Shown here: positions 27,641 through 35,818 of the stretch, piece after piece
How positions within the stretch are numbered: position 1 is the stretch's first letter
Layout: every line of letters starts with the position of its first letter
Origin: Sulfurimonadaceae bacterium
GTDB taxonomy: Bacteria; Campylobacterota; Campylobacteria; Campylobacterales; Sulfurimonadaceae
DNA length: 64,000 nt
Reading direction: 5' to 3'
Assembly: GCA_041571435.1 (NCBI GenBank)
Contig: JBFFUI010000003.1
Location: 32,001 to 96,000, forward strand
The notes under the pieces: model-generated
What the model saw: the letters and a program-made list of their open reading frames with translations, nothing else
Told to the model about the DNA's origin: nothing
Database searches by the model: none
Translations under genes and position numbers: made by a program

Positions 27641-29173
27641 ATGAGTAACAACACAACAGAAAAAACAATCGCAGAAGAGCTGCCTATGGAAGAGACATTC
27701 GAACAATTCGGACTTAAAAAAGAGATCATGCGTGCGATCGGTTATGCCGGCTTCAAGTCACCCAGCCCTATTCAGAAGATGGCGATCCCCGTCGTTCTTG
27801 AAGGCCGTGACGTTGTCGCACAGGCACAGACAGGTACCGGTAAAACAGCTGCATTCGGTCTGCCGACACTGAACAACATGACAGGCAAGGATGGTGTCGA
27901 AGCACTGATCATCACACCGACACGTGAACTTGCCAACCAGGTCAGTGACGAACTCTACAAATACGGCAAACAGCTTGGAATTCGCACTGTTACTGTTTAC
28001 GGCGGCAGCTCGTACGGTCGCCAGATTGGTCTTATTGAACGCGGTGCACAGGTTGTTATCGCAACACCGGGCCGTCTGAAAGACATCCTTGCCCGCGAAA
28101 TGATCAAAGACTTCGCTCCGTCAACTGTTATCCTCGATGAAGCGGATGAGATGCTTGACATGGGATTCCTCGATGACATCAACGAGATCTTCTCATACCT
28201 TCCGAGCGACCGTCAGACACTACTCTTCTCGGCAACGATGCCGCCTCCGATCAAGAAACTTGCAGAGCGCATTTTGGTCAACCCTGAATTCATCACGATC
28301 ACACGCGACGAGACGACCAACGTCGACATCGAACAGAAGTACTATGTTATCGACGAGAATGAGCGCGATGATGCTATTATCCGTCTTCTTGACGCGGAAG
28401 ATGCATCGAAATGCGTCGTCTTCTGTCGTACCAAAAAAGAGGTCGACCGTGTGGCTGACGTCCTTATGGGTGTCGGCTACAGTGCCAAAGGTCTTCACGG
28501 AGACATGGAACAGCGTCAGCGTGAAGCCGTTATCAAAGGGCTTAAGACAGGTCAGTATGACATCCTTGTCGCAACTGATGTTGCCGCTCGCGGTATCCAC
28601 ATCGACGACGTAAGCCACGTCTTTAACTACCACATCCCGTTTGACTCGGAGTCGTATGTACACCGTATCGGTCGTACGGGCCGTGCAGGTCAGAAGGGTA
28701 TGGCGATCACACTGCTTACACCGCGCGAGTTCAAAGAACTTCAGCGTATCAAAGCCAAGGTCGGTACGACGATGGAGCACGCCTACGTTCCGTCGAAGTC
28801 ATCGATTAAGAAAGCAAACTTCTCTTCGATTGTCGAGTCGATCGAGAAGCACAAGATCTTTGATGAAGCGCACGAGATCCTTGACGTACTTCGTCAAGAT
28901 ATAGACGACGAGCAGATCATCTATAAGCTTGTCTCGATGATCATCGATCGTCAAGAGGTCAAAGGACCCAATGAGATCGGTATCAACCCTGAACGCCTTG
29001 AGAAGATCCTGAAAAGCCTAGAACGCGGCGGGCGTGAAGGTGGCGGAAACCGCGGTCGCGGCGGCTATCGCGGCAACCGTAACCGCAGCGGCGGTGGCGG
29101 CGGCGGATATCGTGGCAACCGTGACCGCAACAGCGGCGGCGGTGGGTACCGCGGCAACCGTAACAGAGACTAA
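27641..29173 (+). CDS. DEAD-box RNA helicase (DeaD/CshA-like) with RGG-rich tail
   Basis: Q motif, AQTGTGKT, PTRELA, TPGR, DEAD, SAT, ARGI and HRIGRTGR motifs; alternative start 27617. Confidence 0.97.
   Translation: MSNNTTEKTIAEELPMEETFEQFGLKKEIMRAIGYAGFKSPSPIQKMAIPVVLEGRDVVAQAQTGTGKTAAFGLPTLNNMTGKDGVEALIITPTRELANQVSDELYKYGKQLGIRTVTVYGGSSYGRQIGLIERGAQVVIATPGRLKDILAREMIKDFAPSTVILDEADEMLDMGFLDDINEIFSYLPSDRQTLLFSATMPPPIKKLAERILVNPEFITITRDETTNVDIEQKYYVIDENERDDAIIRLLDAEDASKCVVFCRTKKEVDRVADVLMGVGYSAKGLHGDMEQRQREAVIKGLKTGQYDILVATDVAARGIHIDDVSHVFNYHIPFDSESYVHRIGRTGRAGQKGMAITLLTPREFKELQRIKAKVGTTMEHAYVPSKSSIKKANFSSIVESIEKHKIFDEAHEILDVLRQDIDDEQIIYKLVSMIIDRQEVKGPNEIGINPERLEKILKSLERGGREGGGNRGRGGYRGNRNRSGGGGGGYRGNRDRNSGGGGYRGNRNRD
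29060..29170 (+). repeat. Three coding tandem repeats GGYRGNR(N/D)R
   Basis: Degenerate ggcggctatcgcggcaaccgtaaccgc units in the helicase C-terminus. Confidence 0.85.
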
Positions 29174-29264
29174 TTCTCACCTTTTTTTTGAGAGAGTTCC
29201 TCTCTCACTCTCATTTTCTTATTCAACACAATTGACAAAACACTTATTGATATAAATCTACAGA

Positions 29265-29464
29265 TCACTGGTTGGCTCTTTTCATGGCATCTGCAGCGTT
29301 CGCTAGAACTCTTTTGGTCGCGTTATAAAGACCATTCTGTTTAGCGTAACGAGTTTGGGATTTTTAGTGGTATAAGAGATGGAAGTGAAGTGCCCGATGG
29401 TGATCGGGCTCTAAGTCGTCATGATCGCTTTTTTTCGTTTCTACGGTGAAAAAAGGAAAGAGAG
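29265..29464 (+). repeat. ~200-bp structured intergenic repeat, copy A (more degenerate)
   Basis: Shares blocks with 38844-39049: CTCTTTTCRTGGCATCTGCAG, CTGT.T.AG.GTA.CGAGTTTG...TTTTTAG, CCCG..CGGGCTC.AAG, TTTTTCGTTTC and AAAAAGGAAAGAGAG. Confidence 0.8.
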
Positions 29465-29490
29465 AAGTAAATAACGCTTAATACAGAAGA

Positions 29491-30180
29491 CTAAGCAACG
29501 GTCGCATAGGCTTTTTGCAGTGCGCCATAAAGCACTTTAGGTGTCAAAGAGGCGTTCTCTTCCCAAAGCTCCTGCATTACGATATTGTCCTCTTTGCCAT
29601 TCCATTCTTTGATATACGTTCCCTCTTTGTAGCCGTGATCCTGACGGAACTGGTTAAGAATGTTCTTGCCGACATAAAGACGGTAGAGGTCTTGCAGATT
29701 AAGCTTGCACATATAGGCCAGCTCGAAGAAATCTTCAAAAAGCTTGGCACTGTCAAACTTCTCGCGGTTGACCGTATTGCAGATAATGTCTTCGACCTTG
29801 TCCATAATCGTATGCGGCTCGGCAAACTGAAGATTCCCGTTCTTTTCAAGCGTTATATAGCCCGGCATCTGTGATGTCGTCATCGCCAAGTCTTCGATGG
29901 TGCCGCGGAAGTTTTGCGAATAGTCTTCGAGACCAAGACTCATGATGAAGTGCCATACATCGACCACTTCGATCTGAAGGTTGTCCCAGTCAGGTTCCTG
30001 GTTGATTGCTTTCCAGTGCTTCCAGGCAAACGAGTCCACCATCTCACAGCACTCCATGTAGATACAGCGTTTCCAGTTGATGACCTTGCCGTTTTTCGTA
30101 TGTCCGGCCTCCCAGCCTTCGCCGTTCGTCGCATCGTTCAACTCCTGCTGCAGAAGCAACATCTCCAAGACTTTTTCCAT
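29491..30180 (-). CDS. dut: Dimeric (all-alpha) dUTPase, Campylobacter type
   Basis: MECCEMVDSFAWKHWK, EVVDVWHF, KNILNQFRQDHGYKEG and WNGKEDN motifs; ATG 30180 with AGGAG. Confidence 0.9.
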   Translation of the reverse strand: MEKVLEMLLLQQELNDATNGEGWEAGHTKNGKVINWKRCIYMECCEMVDSFAWKHWKAINQEPDWDNLQIEVVDVWHFIMSLGLEDYSQNFRGTIEDLAMTTSQMPGYITLEKNGNLQFAEPHTIMDKVEDIICNTVNREKFDSAKLFEDFFELAYMCKLNLQDLYRLYVGKNILNQFRQDHGYKEGTYIKEWNGKEDNIVMQELWEENASLTPKVLYGALQKAYATVA

Positions 30181-30252
30181 AAACACTCCTATCGAATTAT
30201 GCTGTTCTTTAGACAAGAGAAGTCTTCTCTTTTACAAAAACAGCTCATCATT

Positions 30253-30687
30253 TTACTCTAACTCTCCACCATTTTCCCTTTGCCAATGGAGCTTTTTACC
30301 AAACCCCAAACGGTTGTCTGTCAGCTTGATATCTTCGAGCTCGATAGCCCATAACTGCGGGTTCATCACCTTGGCAAAAGGGTACGCCTTAAAATAGAGA
30401 TGTCCCTCTTTTTGCGAGATCGCCTTCATCGTCGCTCTAAACTGAATTCCTTCGATCTTACCGACCTCATCCGTCTCCAGGGCGACCGTCCCCGAAACAG
30501 TTTTGTTGTCCAGAACATTCTTAATATGCTCTGTTTTTGTATCCGAAGCGACGACAAAAGTGACCTTCTCGGCGTCATAAGCATAAAAGAGACTGGCTGA
30601 CTGCGGCACATTGTCGGCCGAAGTAGCCAAAGAGAGCAGATGGTGTTTAGCAAGAAAAACGTTGATCTTCTCAAGCGTATCTGGCAT
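30253..30687 (-). CDS. Pyridoxamine 5'-phosphate oxidase-like FMN-binding protein (YhbP type)
   Basis: HHLLSLAT, SDTKTEH, GKIEGIQF and KLTDNRLGFGKKL.W motifs. Confidence 0.85.
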   Translation of the reverse strand: MPDTLEKINVFLAKHHLLSLATSADNVPQSASLFYAYDAEKVTFVVASDTKTEHIKNVLDNKTVSGTVALETDEVGKIEGIQFRATMKAISQKEGHLYFKAYPFAKVMNPQLWAIELEDIKLTDNRLGFGKKLHWQRENGGELE

Positions 30688-31570
30688 CGATCATCTCTTT
30701 GTATTTGGCAATGGCATCCGCATTGTTCATTCCCCGGTAGTTTGGCGGCAGCACATCCATCCCGCCGTAGGCACCCAGTACCGCGCCGACGATCATCCCC
30801 CGTGCGGCCGAATCACCGCCGGCAAGCACATTGGCCTCCATCGCTTCCTGGAAATCACTGAAACGTACAAGCAGATAGATCACCGCTGCAAAACCGCCGT
30901 CAACACTGCAGGACTGTCCCAGTGTTTTAATCGCTTCGATGCTCTCTGTCTCAGCCTTCGCAACCCCTTCCCGGACCCATTTTTGGATTTTGTCCGAATA
31001 GGCTAGGGCGATCTCTTCAATCGCCCGCCCTATCTCCGCACCCATACTGACGGCTAGGATCAGCTCGTTAAAGTAGGCCGCACTCTCGACAAGCTCTTTC
31101 GTCATGTGGGTAAAAACGGTGTGCAGTTTGACATACTCCATCATCTTGTCCATGTCGTTATGGTAGGCGTAGATAAGCGGTATCATGCGTCCGACGACAC
31201 TCAGGTCACGCGAACCGGAACCACAGGCCAACGAGTTTTTGCCTTCTGCCAATGCTGCTATCGTATGTTTGGATGCCCCGTCGACATAGCCCTCATACGT
31301 CTCCATCTTGGTCTTCCATTTCATGGAGAAGCCGTGTACAGTGAACTCATCTTCTGCGATCGCTTCTAAAAGCCAAAGCATCTGGTCACCGTAATGCGTA
31401 AAGTCACCGGCGCCCTTACCTTTATGGTAATCCGTCAGCGGGTCATTAAAACGCTTGGTATCAAACTCCGATTTTGAGATCTGGTGTGTGTCGTAGAGCC
31501 AGTGCGCGCCCAGGGCGTAAGCATCCGCGTAAAAAGCACCCCACAGTGCCGCTTCAAGTCTGTTTTTCAT
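30671..31570 (-). CDS. ADP-ribosylglycohydrolase family protein (divergent, SelJ/crystallin-J1-like)
   Basis: ADAYALGAHW, GDFTHYGDQ, FTH and NVLAGGDSAARGMIVGAVLGA motifs. Confidence 0.85.
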   Translation of the reverse strand: MKNRLEAALWGAFYADAYALGAHWLYDTHQISKSEFDTKRFNDPLTDYHKGKGAGDFTHYGDQMLWLLEAIAEDEFTVHGFSMKWKTKMETYEGYVDGASKHTIAALAEGKNSLACGSGSRDLSVVGRMIPLIYAYHNDMDKMMEYVKLHTVFTHMTKELVESAAYFNELILAVSMGAEIGRAIEEIALAYSDKIQKWVREGVAKAETESIEAIKTLGQSCSVDGGFAAVIYLLVRFSDFQEAMEANVLAGGDSAARGMIVGAVLGAYGGMDVLPPNYRGMNNADAIAKYKEMIDARYA

Positions 31571-32288
31571 CCAAAAACTCCTCTATAAGTTCCAGCATCT
31601 CCTCAACCGCCTTCGTTGCCGGACTTTGTAAAAAATGTTCAAAATAGTCGTCGATATGTGTGTCAAAACGCCCGAAAGCGGTCACATGTTCTTCGCGCTT
31701 CGGGTTGATCAGAATAGAGCGGCTGAACTCCTGTACCAAGGGGACGATGTCGATCACCTGTCCGCTCGTCCCGATGGCGATGAACATGTCACTGGCATCG
31801 ACTGCTTCATAGATATGCCGGTAGGCCGGTGCACTCTCGCCGAACATCACGACATTGTGACGAACGTTGTATTCGCCGCAATGGGGACACTGTTCATCCT
31901 CTTTTTGGCAACAGTAACCGACATGAAAGGTCTGTTGACAACTCTCGCACCGAAGATCGATCAGGGTCCCGTGCAGATGAAGCACCTCTGTTGAGCCTGC
32001 CTTTTCCATGAGGTTATCGACATTCTGCGTCAGATGTATGATCTGGTTCGGATAGCGTTTCTCCAAGTCGGCCAGGGCGCGGTGCATTGCGTTAGGCTCT
32101 TTGTCCTCAAGTGCTTCGCGGCGGGCATTATAGAAGTTGGTCACCAGTGCTCTGTCTTGCTGCCAACCCTGCGTCGAGCAGACCGTCATCACGTCATAGT
32201 TCTCCCATAGCCCGTCACTGTCACGAAAGGTGCTGATGCCGCTCTCTGCGCTCAACCCGGCACCGCTGATGATCATCACTCTACGCAT
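31554..32288 (-). CDS. cobB: Sir2-family NAD-dependent protein deacylase (class III)
   Basis: GAGLSAESGISTFR, FYNARR, TQNVDNL, HLHG, Zn CxxC..CxxC, VVMFGE and GTSG motifs. Confidence 0.92.
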   Translation of the reverse strand: MRRVMIISGAGLSAESGISTFRDSDGLWENYDVMTVCSTQGWQQDRALVTNFYNARREALEDKEPNAMHRALADLEKRYPNQIIHLTQNVDNLMEKAGSTEVLHLHGTLIDLRCESCQQTFHVGYCCQKEDEQCPHCGEYNVRHNVVMFGESAPAYRHIYEAVDASDMFIAIGTSGQVIDIVPLVQEFSRSILINPKREEHVTAFGRFDTHIDDYFEHFLQSPATKAVEEMLELIEEFLDEKQT

Positions 32289-32297
32289 GGTGTCCTT

Positions 32298-33482
32298 TCA
32301 ATACTCGTCAAAATCACTCAGGGCCATGTCCAGCTGAGCGATCGCATCATCCATCACCGGACCGGGAACGGCGAAGTTGAGCCGCATGTATCCCTTGCCC
32401 TCTTTGCCGAACGAGACGCCGGGGCTGAGCCCGAGTGCCGCATCTTCGATGAAAAAGCGCTTCAACTCACTGCTTCCAAGCCCCAGACCGGAACAGTCCA
32501 GCCATGCAAGATAGGTTCCCTGAGGCGGGATCAGACGGATCTTGTCACGGTGTCTTTCAACCAGCGCGCTGAGCTTTTCGATATTGCGTTGCAGGTGGAT
32601 CAACAGCTCATCAAGCCACTGCCCCCCTTCGCGGTAGGCCGCCTCAAAACCGACATGGGCGAAGATATTGCCCTGGGCAAAGTGGATGCGCTCATACGCA
32701 TCGCTGAAGACCTCACGCATCTGCTCGTTCTGAACCACGACCGTTGAGACCCCTAGACCCGCCGTGTTAAAGGTCTTACCCGGGCCGATAGCGGTAATCG
32801 TGATGTTGGCAATCTCTTCGCTCAGCGAAGCAAAAGGGGTGTGCTTGTGAGGCGGATAGACGAGATCGGAGTGGATCTCGTCAGCGACAACTTTGATATC
32901 ATGTTCCAGACAGATCGCTGCCAGATCCTGCAGCTCTTTACGTGACCATACCCGTCCGACAGGGTTGTGGGGCGAACACAGCAGCAGCAGCTTCGTATCC
33001 GCATCGATCTTGGAAACCAGGTCTTCAAGGTCGAACGTGTAGTCACCCTCCTCGCTCCGGTGCAGCGGATTGCGCAGGACTTCCCGTCCGTTGCGTGTCA
33101 CATTGCTCAAAAACGGTGGGTAGATCGGTGTCTGGACGACCACCTTGTCACCCGGCTTGGTAAAGGCGTGGATCGCCGTGTTGATCGTTGCGACCACGGA
33201 GGGAGAGTAGAACATCCATTCACGTTTCAACGTGATACCGTGACGCTCTTTCATCCACTCTATCTGCGCTTCATAGGCGCTGTCCGGGAGCTCTTCATAG
33301 CCGTATATGGGATGAGCGGCTCTTTTCTTGACCGCTTCGACGATGCAGGGCGGTGTCTCGATGTCCATGTCCGCCACCCACATGGGGATGACATCTTCGG
33401 TCTTGAACAGCTTTTGTCGCAGCGTGTATTTTTCAGCGTTTGTCGTTGAACGGTCCACAACACACTGAAAATCGAAACTCAT
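32298..33482 (-). CDS. PLP-dependent C-S lyase (PatB/MalY family), candidate OvoB
   Basis: PMWVADMD, CSPHNPVGRVW, DEIHSDL, GPGKTFN, GTYLAWLD and RLNFA motifs; ATGA overlap with ovoA. Confidence 0.9.
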   Translation of the reverse strand: MSFDFQCVVDRSTTNAEKYTLRQKLFKTEDVIPMWVADMDIETPPCIVEAVKKRAAHPIYGYEELPDSAYEAQIEWMKERHGITLKREWMFYSPSVVATINTAIHAFTKPGDKVVVQTPIYPPFLSNVTRNGREVLRNPLHRSEEGDYTFDLEDLVSKIDADTKLLLLCSPHNPVGRVWSRKELQDLAAICLEHDIKVVADEIHSDLVYPPHKHTPFASLSEEIANITITAIGPGKTFNTAGLGVSTVVVQNEQMREVFSDAYERIHFAQGNIFAHVGFEAAYREGGQWLDELLIHLQRNIEKLSALVERHRDKIRLIPPQGTYLAWLDCSGLGLGSSELKRFFIEDAALGLSPGVSFGKEGKGYMRLNFAVPGPVMDDAIAQLDMALSDFDEY

Positions 33483-35587
33483 CGTTTTTTCCAGACACTC
33501 ATCTGCGCGATCGTATGCTGATACTTGCGGGCGGTCTCGGGAATGACAAACGGGACATCATGCGTCGCGACAAGATCAAACCTTGGCGACAACGCTTTTT
33601 TGAGCCCGTCAAGCGTAGTGACGTCTTTGCCCTCTTCGTCTCTGTAGCCGCCAAGCCAAAACTCTTTTTTGGTGTACTCTTCCAGCCAGGTATACGGCGA
33701 AGTGAGGACCAAAAAGCCGCCTGCGTTCAGACGATGCTCAACGTCGTTCAAGAACAGCATCGGCTCATACAGCCGGTCGATCAGGTTGGTTGCCATGATC
33801 AGGTCATACCCGCTGAAATGGGGTTTGAGATTGCAGGCGTCACCCTGCCAGAAGTCAACATTTTGGGCGAGCTCGCTGAAACCGAGCTCCTCGAGTGTCA
33901 CACTCTCTTCTGCCGTAATGTCCCCCTCGACGACACGTTTAAAGGTGATCTTTTTATCATTTTTGAGGGCAAGCCCCGCCTGTATGAAACGGGCTGAAAA
34001 ATCGATCCCCGTCACCTTGTCAAAACCGTGGGCCAGTTCAAAACTGGCCCGTCCCGTCGCACAGCCAAGGTCAAGGGCGTGCCCCATCGGTGTCCCTTTG
34101 GCGTACTCCAAAGCGTACTCGGCACACTTCTTCGCAAAGTTCTCGACACCAAAATGGTCAATCCCGTACTGGAAGTGGCAATACTGCGACACAAGCGCGT
34201 CACTCTCATAGATATTTGCTTTCTCTGTTGACATCGTCTCTCCTTCGACTACTCTAAAACCGGCGTGCTGGTAAAAATGGCGCCGGAACGCATAACGTGA
34301 ATGCTTCATTATCTCATTGCCGCTGCTCGCCCACGACCCGCCTTTGATGATGTTGTGTTTTCCGTCAAAGGTCGGCACGGAGAAATCATCATAGACGTAG
34401 TGCGGCTCAAACCCTTTAAAGCCGTTCATATGACTCTCCGTCCACTGCCAGACATTGCCCATAAGGTCGTAAAAGTCGCCGAAGGCGAACATATCGACAG
34501 GACAGGATGAGGCGTAATGCGAAAAGTTGATGTTGGCCCTGCTGTCGTCCAGCTCAGGCACATCCTTGATCCCGGCCCGCTCATACAAAAGGTACCACTC
34601 CGCTTCGCTCAAAAGGCGGTACGTTCTACCCTCTTTTTCGCTTTTCCATCGACAGTAGGCCTTCGCTTCCAGGTAGTTGACGTCGACTGGCCAGTTCATC
34701 GGCATGGCAATGACCTCGGCCATCGCCCGGTAGTCAAACGTGCCATCTCCTCTGTCGACCCAAAACGGCGGATGGGCCGCTTTCGAGCGTTCCAGAAAAC
34801 GCCGGCCCTCTTCGTCCCAAAACGCGGCATTTGTATAGCCGTCATCACGGACAAAGGCCAGGAACTCGCCGTTGGAGCAGAGGTACTTTGCGGCGCTGAA
34901 GGGCTTGACCTGCTCGTGTTGGACGCCGTACTCGTTGTCCCAGCCGTAGAGGTGGTGATTTCTCTCTTTACCCAGCGTGACCTCGCCGCCGGCGACATCG
35001 ATCATGCTGTTCTCCGGTGCCGGTCCGCTCTTACTGCACAGCGGAAAGTCGGCAACCGGTTTGACCTTCTCTATGGGAAGCTGGCGATGCAGCACGCTCG
35101 AGGTCTCGATATGGATGCATTCATGCTCGATCCCCATCAGTATGACCCACCATGGGCTCTCCTGCGTGATGGGCAGGGTCAGAGGGAGTGTGGTGATAAG
35201 GCTGTCGACAAGGGCACGCACCTCACGCCGGTATGCTCTGGCCTCCGAGACCTTCGGCCACCGGTAGTTGCTGCTTTCGAGGTCATCCCAGTGCATCTCG
35301 TCCACACCGATGGCGAACATCGACTCGAACTCTGGGTTAAGACGTTCATCGATCACCTTGGCGATCATCAGCTTGTTGACGAAAAAGGTGGCGGTATGCC
35401 CAAAATAGAAGATCAGCGGATGACGCGTAGGCTCGGGCTGTTCGTAGTAGACACTGTCATCGACAAAGGTCGTAAACAGCTCTTCAAACAGATCATAGGT
35501 CTTGTGAAAATAGGCTCTGATCTCTTCGCGCTTTTGGTCAGCATCACTACCTGTCAACGTTACCGGCATCGTGTGGAGTGGGTGCAA
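33479..35587 (-). CDS. ovoA: 5-histidylcysteine sulfoxide synthase / methyltransferase OvoA
   Basis: RHPLIFYFGHTATFFVNKL, FAIGVDEMHWDD, Hx3HxE iron motif, FGE-sulfatase domain (YGWDNEYG, GNVWQW, RYAFRRHFYQHAGFR) and C-terminal SAM MTase (LDLGCATGR, TSPYTW). TTG start with AGGAG. Confidence 0.95.
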   Translation of the reverse strand: MHPLHTMPVTLTGSDADQKREEIRAYFHKTYDLFEELFTTFVDDSVYYEQPEPTRHPLIFYFGHTATFFVNKLMIAKVIDERLNPEFESMFAIGVDEMHWDDLESSNYRWPKVSEARAYRREVRALVDSLITTLPLTLPITQESPWWVILMGIEHECIHIETSSVLHRQLPIEKVKPVADFPLCSKSGPAPENSMIDVAGGEVTLGKERNHHLYGWDNEYGVQHEQVKPFSAAKYLCSNGEFLAFVRDDGYTNAAFWDEEGRRFLERSKAAHPPFWVDRGDGTFDYRAMAEVIAMPMNWPVDVNYLEAKAYCRWKSEKEGRTYRLLSEAEWYLLYERAGIKDVPELDDSRANINFSHYASSCPVDMFAFGDFYDLMGNVWQWTESHMNGFKGFEPHYVYDDFSVPTFDGKHNIIKGGSWASSGNEIMKHSRYAFRRHFYQHAGFRVVEGETMSTEKANIYESDALVSQYCHFQYGIDHFGVENFAKKCAEYALEYAKGTPMGHALDLGCATGRASFELAHGFDKVTGIDFSARFIQAGLALKNDKKITFKRVVEGDITAEESVTLEELGFSELAQNVDFWQGDACNLKPHFSGYDLIMATNLIDRLYEPMLFLNDVEHRLNAGGFLVLTSPYTWLEEYTKKEFWLGGYRDEEGKDVTTLDGLKKALSPRFDLVATHDVPFVIPETARKYQHTIAQMSVWKKR

Positions 35588-35818
35588 CTTCTCTCCTTCT
35601 TGTTTACACTATTTTAGCAGATTCTCTTTTGGCAAGGCTTAGTATGACAGGCCGAAGATAAGGTTTTAGTGTAGAGTAAAAATGTGCTCTGAATTATTGA
35701 GAGTAGAGAAAAGTGAAAAGCTTTGTGGAAGCACCCTAAGGTGCTAACTGTAAGCTGTTCCCATCAAAGACTATGGGAACGACTGATTACCGGTTACGTG
35801 CTTAGTACAAACCTGAAC

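Noticed and set aside
30671-32288. Sir2-based anti-phage system or DraT/DraG nitrogenase switch
   Set aside because: The sirtuin is a Zn-binding CobB-type deacylase, not a ThsA/DSR-type NADase; no draT or nif genes are present.
34517-35617. 366-aa plus-strand ORF
   Set aside because: Antisense shadow of ovoA with no recognisable motifs. The same applies to 11941-12723, 26215-27075, 39553-40380, 3921-4520, 6358-6996 and the other nested ORFs.
35798-35809. GTGCTTAGTACA shared with 4643-4654
   Set aside because: A 12-mer match is expected many times by chance in 64 kb and the flanks do not align, although both are intergenic mini-hairpins.
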